From the IMG/VR virus record IMGVR_UViG_3300042465_001115, positions 1-59,549 of that record: DNA of 59,549 bases; one strand, written 5' to 3'. Positions 45,315 through 52,645 of the stretch are shown in pieces. This DNA comes from a virus. Its lineage: Duplodnaviria > Caudoviricetes. The translations under genes and the position numbers were made by a program. Position 1 is the stretch's first letter. Every line of letters begins with the position of its first letter. The notes beneath the pieces were generated by a model that was given only the letters and a program-made list of their open reading frames with translations, did no database searches and was not told where the DNA came from.

Positions 45315-45498
45315 GGGGCAGGATGACCACGAACTCGCGCTGCTTCTTGCGCTTGAGGATCTTCGTCAGGTGCGACACGCGGTACTCCCTCAGGGCTGCC
45401 TGGAGGTTGTGCACCTCCACAGAACTCTTCAGACGTGCTGCGGGCATACCCTCGAAGGTCTCACTGAACAGACTCTGAATACTCGTCGGCAGGGACAT
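45304..45498 (-). CDS. Hypothetical protein, 64 aa, between terS and terL
   Basis: ATG at 45498 with AGGAGG upstream; bridges the gap. Confidence 0.6.
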   Translation of the reverse strand: MSLPTSIQSLFSETFEGMPAARLKSSVEVHNLQAALREYRVSHLTKILKRKKQREFVVILPHAA

Positions 45499-45952
45499 CC
45501 ACGACCTCCTGAACAGCCTCGATGGTACGCGCATCCTGGGGGTTGGAGCCCAGGTTGATGGTGATCTTCACACCACCGCCTTCAGCAGAGGCTGAGGCGG
45601 AGTCCTTGGGTTCCAGGCCACCCCACTTGACGGTGGACTTGATCAGGTCGGCCTTGACCGTGGGGGAGACTGCCGGATCGTGGATGAGGAGCCATGAGGT
45701 GGTGAGCAGTTCTTCGGCTTGTGCGCGTGCCTTGAGTCGGAACGTGAGCCCCTTGTCCCGGACCTCGGTTCGGTAGTGCTCGACCTTCTTGAGGAAGAGC
45801 GGGTCCTGGTTGAACGTGAGGAGGTCGGCGGGTTGGATCCTGTGGCGGGCGACGATCTCGCTCAGCGTCTCTCCACTGCCCTCAAGGGTGAGGGCCACAT
45901 CGAACGCCAGCCTGTCGTTCCACTTGGTCAGGTTCAGCGGGAGGTTGTCCAT
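45461..45952 (-). CDS. terS: Probable terminase small subunit
   Basis: First gene of the late arm; helical with a GVKITINLG C-terminal strand. Confidence 0.65.
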   Translation of the reverse strand: MDNLPLNLTKWNDRLAFDVALTLEGSGETLSEIVARHRIQPADLLTFNQDPLFLKKVEHYRTEVRDKGLTFRLKARAQAEELLTTSWLLIHDPAVSPTVKADLIKSTVKWGGLEPKDSASASAEGGGVKITINLGSNPQDARTIEAVQEVVDVPADEYSESVQ

Positions 45953-45958
45953 GACGGG

Positions 45959-45987
45959 AGTGTAGGGGGAAGTGCGGGTATTGGGAA
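45959..45987 (-). promoter_or_regulatory. Promoter TTCCCA-17-TACACT with 6 nt to the terS ATG (leaderless)
   Basis: Spacing read directly; no SD upstream of the ATG. Confidence 0.5.
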
Positions 45988-46212
45988 GTTACTGCGGTTT
46001 ACAGGATGGGGCTAACTTTACTGGGTGTGCGCCCCAGGCGCTAACTTTACACTCTGGTTTTTCGGGTCTTGGGTTGTGAGGTTGCCTACAACATAGGGGG
46101 GCCTCGCGCCACGCAATCCATGTACCCCCCTCCCCCCGGCCGGTCGGCCGTGCCGCTGGCTGGTCGGAGGCAAAGACCCTGCGGCGCAGTCGGGTATCCC
46201 TGCCCCGGCAAC

Positions 46213-46241
46213 TTGACAATCTTGTCAGCCTGAGCGAATCT
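46213..46241 (+). promoter_or_regulatory. Early promoter P1, TTGACA-17-GAATCT
   Basis: Perfect -35; architecture duplicated at 47532. Confidence 0.65.
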
Positions 46242-46276
46242 GGATTTGTCGACGGCGGACCCCGAAGTCGACAGGC

Positions 46277-46312
46277 CGGGTGACCCTCACCCAGGTCACT
46301 CGCTCTTTCACA
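46277..46312 (+). promoter_or_regulatory. Hairpin plus boxA-like antitermination site
   Basis: CGGGTGACC/GGTCACTCG stem, then CGCTCTTTCACA (11/12 to CGCTCTTTAACA). Confidence 0.65.
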
Positions 46313-46336
46313 ATCTGGGTGCTGGAGGATTCGATC

Positions 46337-46636
46337 ATGGGATCGAAGACCTTTGAAGGCAACGTGTCCATCGTTCTCAACACCAAGGGTGAGATCGCTC
46401 TCAAGCGTGACCCCGAAGGCGACTGGGACGCAAGCAAGGCGCAAGCCCTGCACGTCAAGATGGGCGAACTGGCGAAGAAGCACAAGGCCAAGATCAGCAG
46501 CTACGCGCTGTTCCAGGCCGAAGGCGGCACCGAGCCGGTTCTCCTGGCCAATCGCTACGGTAACCCGTACGTGGCGCTTCTCCCGAAGCGTGGTGAAGGT
46601 GGCGCGACCCGGAAGGGCGTGACGAAGCTGGCGTAA
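46337..46636 (+). CDS. First early protein A, 99 aa (paralog of 47610-47894)
   Basis: GGAGG RBS; strongly biased codons. Confidence 0.85.
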   Translation: MGSKTFEGNVSIVLNTKGEIALKRDPEGDWDASKAQALHVKMGELAKKHKAKISSYALFQAEGGTEPVLLANRYGNPYVALLPKRGEGGATRKGVTKLA

Positions 46637-46700
46637 GCCAGCAGCTAGGAACCCGGTGGCCGGTAAAGCCACCGGGCCTGCTTCTTCAACGGAGTGAACC

Positions 46701-46883
46701 ATGAAGCCAATCGAACTGAGGCTGACCCGCTGGGCGGGCAAGACCACGGTCTACACCGTGGACCGTGTCTACCCTGGAGTCGGCAACGTAGTGAAGGGAC
46801 TGCGGACCTTCCCGTCCGCAGTCGAGGCGCGCCAGTGGGCGCGTACCCATCACCCCGGAGTGCCACTGCTCCGGAATGTGTGA
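46701..46883 (+). CDS. Hypothetical protein, 60 aa
   Basis: GGAG RBS; followed by a terminator. Confidence 0.7.
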   Translation: MKPIELRLTRWAGKTTVYTVDRVYPGVGNVVKGLRTFPSAVEARQWARTHHPGVPLLRNV

Positions 46884-46886
46884 ACC

Positions 46887-46922
46887 GAGCCCGCCACCGC
46901 AAGGTGAGCGGGCTTTTCTTTT
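46887..46922 (+). terminator. Intrinsic terminator
   Basis: GAGCCCGCCACC-GCAA-GGTGAGCGGGCTT-TTCTTTT. Confidence 0.85.
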
Positions 46923-47178
46923 GTCCTCTCGCACCACGTCGCCCGCCTCAGGAGGGTCACTGCTTCTCGAAGAGAAGAAACTATACGTCGGGGGGTCACG
47001 GCACGCTTTACACCGCACCTCACGGCTGCTGTACAGTAGCAAGCGTCAAGTTATGGGTCAGAGCGTGTCAACTTGTAAACAATCTATCTGAGAACCTTAC
47101 AACTGTACAAACGGGCGTATAGTTTAGATGGATAACTTGACACTTTACATCTGTCAAGTTATGGGGAAAAGCGTTATA

Positions 47179-47191
47179 AATCAAGGACTTA
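47179..47191 (+). promoter_or_regulatory. IHF consensus site 1
   Basis: AATCAAGGACTTA matches WATCAANNNNTTR, with an A/T-rich 5' flank. Confidence 0.65.
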
Positions 47192-47390
47192 GCCGAGGTG
47201 AGCCACGGGGGAGTGGCCGGTATATAATCTATATAAGATAGAAAAGTAATGATTTTTATATACCCTTTTCAGTGGCGCGCACTTCCCACTTGACATTTCA
47301 TAATGCGGAACGCTCTCCCCCTCATCTCAAAATCTCAACATTACACTCAAAAATCTACCTTTTTTGGATCATTTCCGAAAAAGCCTTATG

Positions 47391-47403
47391 AATCAACCAC
47401 TTG
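47391..47403 (+). promoter_or_regulatory. IHF consensus site 2
   Basis: AATCAACCACTTG matches WATCAANNNNTTR, with an A/T-rich 5' flank. Confidence 0.65.
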
Positions 47404-47531
47404 CACGATCTACGTAAGGTTTCCCCACCTACCTTTTTCGGATCATTGCTCGCTTTACATAGATTGTTTACATGGACTTTGTCCAGGCAAAGCCTTAAAC
47501 TTGACGCTTATCCAGGGAAAGCGGCCCGCAC

Positions 47532-47560
47532 TTGACGCTCGGTCCGGCCCCGGCGAGACT
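47532..47560 (+). promoter_or_regulatory. Early promoter P2, TTGACG-17-GAGACT
   Basis: Same ACTTGAC...GCGA..CTGG layout as P1. Confidence 0.6.
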
Positions 47561-47609
47561 GGCTCTGGCCCCCGGGCCGCTTTACAAACCCCTTTCAATG
47601 GAGCCAATC

Positions 47610-47894
47610 ATGGCGATGATGTACAAAGGTCAAGTCTCTGTTTACAGCAACACCAAGGGAGAACTCACTGTCAAGCCCGATGTGGAAGGCAAGTACAGTT
47701 TCTCCAACGTGGATGACCTTTACAAGGTCATGCAGAAGCTGAGCAAGGAGCACAAGATGCCAATCAAGGCGTTCAAGCCGGAAGCCGGTGGCAACTCTCC
47801 TGTCCTCCTCACCGACCGTTTCGGCAAGCCCTACCTCGCCCTGCTGTCGGCTTCCAAGGCCCCCTCCAAGCCGACCGTGACGAAGCTCGCCTAA
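47610..47894 (+). CDS. First early protein B, 94 aa (paralog of 46337-46636)
   Basis: GGAG RBS; shared NTKGE, PVLL..R.G.PY.ALL and VTKLA. Confidence 0.85.
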   Translation: MAMMYKGQVSVYSNTKGELTVKPDVEGKYSFSNVDDLYKVMQKLSKEHKMPIKAFKPEAGGNSPVLLTDRFGKPYLALLSASKAPSKPTVTKLA

Positions 47895-47925
47895 CCTCCC
47901 TCAACCCTGGTTCATCGGAGTACCC

Positions 47926-48114
47926 ATGAAGATCACCACCCTGCCTTACAAGGCACCCCGTAAGCACCGGAGGCAGGAAGCCTTGCGCTTCTGTGTCAAG
48001 TACGGTGTCGGCAACACCATCTCCTACCGTTGGTATCGCCGTGACTCGGCGGCTGTCAACTTCCTCAACTCCCTGGCCGACCAGGGTATCCCCGCAACCA
48101 TCCTGATGAAGTGA
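47926..48114 (+). CDS. Hypothetical basic protein, 62 aa
   Basis: GGAG RBS. Confidence 0.75.
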   Translation: MKITTLPYKAPRKHRRQEALRFCVKYGVGNTISYRWYRRDSAAVNFLNSLADQGIPATILMK

Positions 48115-48128
48115 GAACCCTCATGGAC
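48105..48128. repeat. 24-bp direct repeat, copy 1
   Basis: GATGAAGTGAGAACCCTCATGGAC. Confidence 0.95.
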
Positions 48129-48539
48129 TACGTCAGCACCATCCTACTGCTCCAACTCCACATCCTCCGGGCTTTCTTCAGGGCTCTCGATGTGGATGTC
48201 ACCAACCGGGACCTGGAGATCCAGGACCTCCTCTCCAAGATCCGTGACAGGGACTACAACGTAGTCGCTGTCATCAAGGCTGTCCGGAACTTCGGACGGG
48301 CTCAATACACCTTCGAGATCAACAAGAATCTCCACCCCAACTCGGTGGTCTACACCGCCATCAAGGAGGGCATTGCTGAGTTCGGCTCCTACCCTGAGTA
48401 CCGTGATGGTGTTGGGAACGCCGACACCATCCAGGATGCCCTCTTCGTCAGGGTCTTTCTGGACACTCCCCCTCGGTGTAGTCTGAAGGAGGCCAAGGAC
48501 ATCGTGGATCAACTGCGGTCCATGAGGCAGGACATCTGA
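48111..48539 (+). CDS. Protein with split ribosomal bL12 (L7/L12) CTD-like motifs
   Basis: VAVIKAVR ... SLKEAKDIVD; start is GTG 48111 or ATG 48123. Confidence 0.6.
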   Translation: MRTLMDYVSTILLLQLHILRAFFRALDVDVTNRDLEIQDLLSKIRDRDYNVVAVIKAVRNFGRAQYTFEINKNLHPNSVVYTAIKEGIAEFGSYPEYRDGVGNADTIQDALFVRVFLDTPPRCSLKEAKDIVDQLRSMRQDI

Positions 48540-48600
48540 TCGACAGACCCTGGCTTACAGGGCATCCACAAGGTGCCCTGTGGGATGTGGTCGTCACATC

Positions 48601-48624
48601 GATGAAGTGAGAACCCTCATGGAC
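48601..48624. repeat. 24-bp direct repeat, copy 2
   Basis: Identical to 48105-48128. Confidence 0.95.
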
Positions 48625-48870
48625 AAACGCACCGTCGAACTGCTGCTGACAGCAGAGAATCTAACCACCATCGCCCAGGGCATCGGCTCCTGGGACAAGC
48701 TGTGGGAGGCTGTCGGCTACCTCTCCACGTGGAACATGGAGGTTCCCACCGTCCGGATCCACCGGGGTGGCGACACCGACTTGGTCGCCACCTACCTCAA
48801 GGGGGATGGTGAGTTGTACTACGTCATCGGTGCCGTGTGGCACGGTACTCACTACGGGTTCCACTCATGA
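48619..48870 (+). CDS. Hypothetical protein (..YVIGAVWHGTHYGFHS)
   Basis: ATG lies inside the repeat; coupled to the next gene. Confidence 0.7.
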   Translation: MDKRTVELLLTAENLTTIAQGIGSWDKLWEAVGYLSTWNMEVPTVRIHRGGDTDLVATYLKGDGELYYVIGAVWHGTHYGFHS

Positions 48871-49145
48871 AGCCCAAGTGGAAGCACGACTGCACCAAGT
48901 GCCGTTACCTGGGCAGCATGTCCATGTCACGTGGGTTTGCTGACTGGTATGAGTGCGAAGGGACCGATAGGTCCGTCGTGGCTCGATTCAGTGAGGACGG
49001 GCCGGACTACTGGTCCATGCCCAAGGACATGGTGACTGATGACCGCTACATGCTTGCCCGCAGTGCCAGTGATGACACCGTTGGTCTGTCACACATGCAG
49101 ATCCTGGCCCAGTACATGTTGAAGTATCGGAGGATCACGGAATGA
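48867..49145 (+). CDS. Hypothetical protein (HDCTKC motif)
   Basis: ATGA coupling. Confidence 0.75.
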   Translation: MKPKWKHDCTKCRYLGSMSMSRGFADWYECEGTDRSVVARFSEDGPDYWSMPKDMVTDDRYMLARSASDDTVGLSHMQILAQYMLKYRRITE

Positions 49146-49342
49146 CTGATCTCACCCACGTATGGGTTGTGGAGTCCCTGGGGGATGACACCCCCACACT
49201 GCTCTCGGTGCACACCGACCAGCAGACTGCCAGGGCAGCCGTATACGACTACATCGCCCATCCCCACTTCGGTGGTACCCAGGCTGACTACTGGGTGCAC
49301 AGTGTCAAGCTCAACTGGACAGGAGTGCCACGCGGTGACTGA
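49142..49342 (+). CDS. Hypothetical protein, 66 aa
   Basis: GGAGG RBS; ATGA coupling. Confidence 0.7.
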   Translation: MTDLTHVWVVESLGDDTPTLLSVHTDQQTARAAVYDYIAHPHFGGTQADYWVHSVKLNWTGVPRGD

Positions 49343-49559
49343 GAAGAACCTCTACCTCCCCATCTGCACCCACTGCTATGCAGTGAGGGTGGAGCCCCAC
49401 AGGGCACGAGCCCCAAGGCCGACGTGCATGGGCTGTGGAGATGCGGTAGCCAAGCAGGTGAAGCGCACCGTGGTGCCGCTGCACAAGAGCAACTACATGC
49501 TCATCACCGACCCCGAGGACCTCAAGGGGATCAACAACAAGGGAGGGTTGCACAGGTGA
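49335..49559 (+). CDS. Zinc-finger protein, 74 aa (CTHC..CMGC, DksA/TraR-type finger spacing)
   Basis: AGGAG RBS; GTG start. Confidence 0.65.
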   Translation: MTEKNLYLPICTHCYAVRVEPHRARAPRPTCMGCGDAVAKQVKRTVVPLHKSNYMLITDPEDLKGINNKGGLHR

Positions 49560-49831
49560 AGCGCACCGTCGAGAACATCGACTTCTCATGGAGCCACGAC
49601 GCGATGCCCTCGGAAGGGGCTGTGTTCTCCGTCCTACCCGAAAGGGTGGAAGTCGTGGCTGTGGACTCCAACCACGCCGGTTGTCAGGTCTGTGTGGTGG
49701 ACGACGGGGTGGTTACCAACATCTGTGGACAGATGCCCAACTGCGACAGCCTTACGTTCATGCCCAACACACAGGAAACCGTGATCCAGGTGGTCAAGGC
49801 CAGGATCACAGGCAAGAGGTACACGGGATGA
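49556..49831 (+). CDS. Cys-containing hypothetical protein, 91 aa
   Basis: GTGA coupling; GGAGG RBS. Confidence 0.65.
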   Translation: MKRTVENIDFSWSHDAMPSEGAVFSVLPERVEVVAVDSNHAGCQVCVVDDGVVTNICGQMPNCDSLTFMPNTQETVIQVVKARITGKRYTG

Positions 49832-50040
49832 ACGTCATCAAGGTTCGTGAGTTGAAGCCCGCAGACTGCTATGGGTGTGTGTTCGCTCGGAACGGCCTCG
49901 GTGGAACATATGTGCGTTGCCAACGTGACCGCCGCCACATCCCGGAGTGCAACTTCGACATGGCGAGCATCTACATCGAAGACACCCCGGAGGCCAAGGT
50001 CGAGTACACCCGCAAGATGTTCATAGGAGTGCCCCTGTGA
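49828..50040 (+). CDS. Cys-containing hypothetical protein, 70 aa (CYGCVF)
   Basis: ATGA coupling. Confidence 0.65.
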   Translation: MNVIKVRELKPADCYGCVFARNGLGGTYVRCQRDRRHIPECNFDMASIYIEDTPEAKVEYTRKMFIGVPL

Positions 50041-50213
50041 GATCAATCCTCAAGTTCCTGCTCAACCTCATCGGATCCCTCGTCATTGCAGCCGGTTTGA
50101 TGGTGATCTTCATCGAGTGGATCGCAGGCTGTGGCGAGACGTACGTAGACGCAAAGGGGGAGCGTCATGCGTATGAATGCGTCGTAATCCCCCAACCAAC
50201 GGAGAAGAAGTGA
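50037..50213 (+). CDS. Small membrane protein, 58 aa
   Basis: AGGAG RBS; TM helix; GCGETY motif. Confidence 0.65.
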   Translation: MRSILKFLLNLIGSLVIAAGLMVIFIEWIAGCGETYVDAKGERHAYECVVIPQPTEKK

Positions 50214-50392
50214 AGCGTTTGTTCATGCTGCGAAGCGGCAAAGGCGGAGCCCCTGTGAAGGGGCCAATCAGCGGGCTGGTGCTGTACTTCAGCGCCAAGC
50301 CCGAAGCGAAGAAGGCTCGGGATGAGATCGGTGGCAACACCGTCGTGTCCTTCGGCCCTGACCATGTGAAGTTCAACAAGAACGGAGTCTGA
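50210..50392 (+). CDS. Hypothetical protein, 60 aa
   Basis: GTGA coupling; VSFGPDH. Confidence 0.65.
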   Translation: MKRLFMLRSGKGGAPVKGPISGLVLYFSAKPEAKKARDEIGGNTVVSFGPDHVKFNKNGV

Positions 50393-50393
50393 A

Positions 50394-51389
50394 ATGCGTG
50401 CATCCCTGCTGAAAGAGACCATCAAGTCCCTCTTCCCCATCAAGCGTACCCTGTGCATCGAGGGCAGCCCCGGTGGTGGCAAGACCACCATCGTGCAAGA
50501 AGTTGCAGCCGAACTCGGTGTGCCCTACATCGAACGGCACATGCCCACCATGCTGGTGGAGGACTTCGGCATCCTGTTCCCGTCGTCCGCAAGCGGCGAC
50601 TCGACACTGGCCTACAAGCTGCCCGACTGGTTCCCCGTCAAGGGCAAGGCACCGGAGCGGGGCATCCTGTGCTTCGATGACCGCAACCAAGCGTCTGCTG
50701 ACTTGCAGAAGGTGCTGGCTAACATCTGCCAAGCACGCAACTTGCACGGTGTCGAGATGCCCGATGGGTGGATGGTGGTCTCCACTGGCAACAGGCAGTC
50801 CGACCGTGCTGGTGCCAACCGGGTGCTGGGCCATCTGCGTAACCGCGAGACGGTCATCGAACTCGAAACCCACCTCGATGACTTCCGTGGATGGGCGATC
50901 AATCACGGTGTTCGTGCCGAGGTGATCTCGTTCATCTCCTTCCGTCCTGGTCTGCTGCATGACTACGACCCGCAGCGTGACAGCAACCCCACTCCCAGGG
51001 CATGGGTTGAGGGTGTGAGCGATGTGCTTGGCACGGTGCCTGCCGAGGCTGAGTACGAGTGCTTCAAGGGCACGGTCGGTGAGGGTGCAGCGGCTGAGTT
51101 CGTGGGGTTCCTCAAGATCTTCCGCAAGCTGCCCAACCCGGACGGTGTGCTGCTCAACCCCAAGACGAGCGACGTGCCCAGTGACCCGGCGACTCTCTAT
51201 GCCCTCAGTGGTGCCCTGGCGACACGGGCTACGGAGGCGAACATGGAGCGGTTCAACGACTACATCGAGCGGATGCCCAAGGAGTTCAGCGTGCTCTCGA
51301 TGAGCATGGCCTGCCGTCGTGACCCGGACCTGTGCAACACGGCAGCGTTCACCCGGTGGTCGGTCAACCACCAGGATGTTCTGTTCTGA
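50394..51389 (+). CDS. MoxR-like AAA+ ATPase
   Basis: GSPGGGKT, LCFDD, TGNR, LRNR, PTPRAW. Confidence 0.85.
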   Translation: MRASLLKETIKSLFPIKRTLCIEGSPGGGKTTIVQEVAAELGVPYIERHMPTMLVEDFGILFPSSASGDSTLAYKLPDWFPVKGKAPERGILCFDDRNQASADLQKVLANICQARNLHGVEMPDGWMVVSTGNRQSDRAGANRVLGHLRNRETVIELETHLDDFRGWAINHGVRAEVISFISFRPGLLHDYDPQRDSNPTPRAWVEGVSDVLGTVPAEAEYECFKGTVGEGAAAEFVGFLKIFRKLPNPDGVLLNPKTSDVPSDPATLYALSGALATRATEANMERFNDYIERMPKEFSVLSMSMACRRDPDLCNTAAFTRWSVNHQDVLF

Positions 51390-51411
51390 TCAACCAAGAG
51401 GAGTACAAGCG

Positions 51412-52272
51412 ATGAATCTTTCGGAACGAGCCCTGCTGGTGCAATTGAGCGTCAGCCAGTGGACTGCACGCAAGTACGACAAGCGTGCCACCAAGGAGGT
51501 GGCCGATGCCAACAGTGCGTCGATGTCTGCCGGACGGTACAACAAGTCCCTGCTGCCCATGAACGATGCCCTCGACCATGTGCACAAGAAGACTACGTAC
51601 ATCCGGACGAAGTTCTACGCCAACACCCTGCCCTGGGGCATGGAGGGCACGCAGATGCTGCCCTCGGCCAACTACCTCAACTTCCTGACGGACTTCCGCA
51701 AGGAGCGTGATGAGTGGAACAGGTTGGTCAACGACTTCGTGCTCAACTACGAGCAGCTTGTGGTGCACGACAAGCACATCCTGCAACGTACCCTGGGCAA
51801 CCTGTACGACCCGGCTGACTACCCGTCGGTTCTGGAGATCAGGCTGAAGTTCAACATCGACATGGCTGTGTTCCCCGTGCCGTCATCGGACTTCAGGGTG
51901 AGCATCGGGTCCGACGAACTGACCCGCATCCAGCAGGATGTTGAGCGTCGAGTGCAGCAGGCACAGCAGCAAGCCATGCAGGAGGTGTGGCAGCGCCTGT
52001 TCGACCGGGTCAAGCACATGGCGGAGAAACTGGCCGACCCCAGGGCTATCTTCCGCGACTCGATGGTGGAGAACGCACGGGAGATCTGTGCCCTTCTGCC
52101 AAGGCTCAACTTCTCTGACGATCCGCACCTGGAGGAAATGCGGACACAAGTGGAGGCATCCCTGCTCAAGCATCCGGATGCTCTGCGTAACGACCCCGAC
52201 CTGCGTCGGGACACTGCTGCTGAAGCGAAGGCAATCATGGACAAGATGTCCATCTTCATGGGAGTCAAGTGA
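51412..52272 (+). CDS. Helical protein, 286 aa (DUF3150-like)
   Basis: GAGGAG RBS; TLPW, DYPS..I..KF and LPRLNF motifs. Confidence 0.6.
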   Translation: MNLSERALLVQLSVSQWTARKYDKRATKEVADANSASMSAGRYNKSLLPMNDALDHVHKKTTYIRTKFYANTLPWGMEGTQMLPSANYLNFLTDFRKERDEWNRLVNDFVLNYEQLVVHDKHILQRTLGNLYDPADYPSVLEIRLKFNIDMAVFPVPSSDFRVSIGSDELTRIQQDVERRVQQAQQQAMQEVWQRLFDRVKHMAEKLADPRAIFRDSMVENAREICALLPRLNFSDDPHLEEMRTQVEASLLKHPDALRNDPDLRRDTAAEAKAIMDKMSIFMGVK

Positions 52273-52273
52273 A

Positions 52274-52642
52274 ATGCTGGAAGTGCAGAAGGAAGGGCTC
52301 AAGCGTGCCCTCATCGTACTCAACGGGCTCGGTGCCCAGTACAAGATCATCCTGCTGGATGGCACGGAGTACGGCGACCTAGTCGTCGCCCCCAAGGCGG
52401 AGGAGAAGAAGCGTAAGCGCAAGCCCAGCCTCTACCCCCACGGTGCGTTGCAGAACTACTTCCAGCCCATTCTGGAAGCCCTCAGACCCGGTGATGCAGC
52501 GGAGGTGCCTGCGCAGCAGTTCGACATCGAGTCCCTGCGTGGGTCCATGACTGCCTGGGCAGGAAAGACCTGGGGACGCAAGACGTTCATCAGCCGATCC
52601 GACAAGACCCGGAACGTGGTCGAGTTTCTTCGTATGGAGTGA
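52274..52642 (+). CDS. Hypothetical protein, 122 aa
   Basis: GGAG RBS; fills the operon. Confidence 0.7.
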   Translation: MLEVQKEGLKRALIVLNGLGAQYKIILLDGTEYGDLVVAPKAEEKKRKRKPSLYPHGALQNYFQPILEALRPGDAAEVPAQQFDIESLRGSMTAWAGKTWGRKTFISRSDKTRNVVEFLRME

Positions 52643-52645
52643 GAG

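Larger units (their letters stand above)
47041..47509. other. AT-rich non-coding element with nested inverted and direct repeats (candidate replication origin)
   Basis: 12-bp and 14-bp inverted-repeat pairs at its edges, an internal 11-bp palindrome and 19-bp direct repeats. Confidence 0.6.

Noticed and set aside
47290-47304. TTGACA followed by CATAAT as a promoter
   Set aside because: The two elements are only 3 nt apart.
46694-47716. ORFs 46694-47122, 46876-47091 and 47303-47716
   Set aside because: They cross a terminator or the repeat-rich AT element, have atypical composition and lack an RBS.
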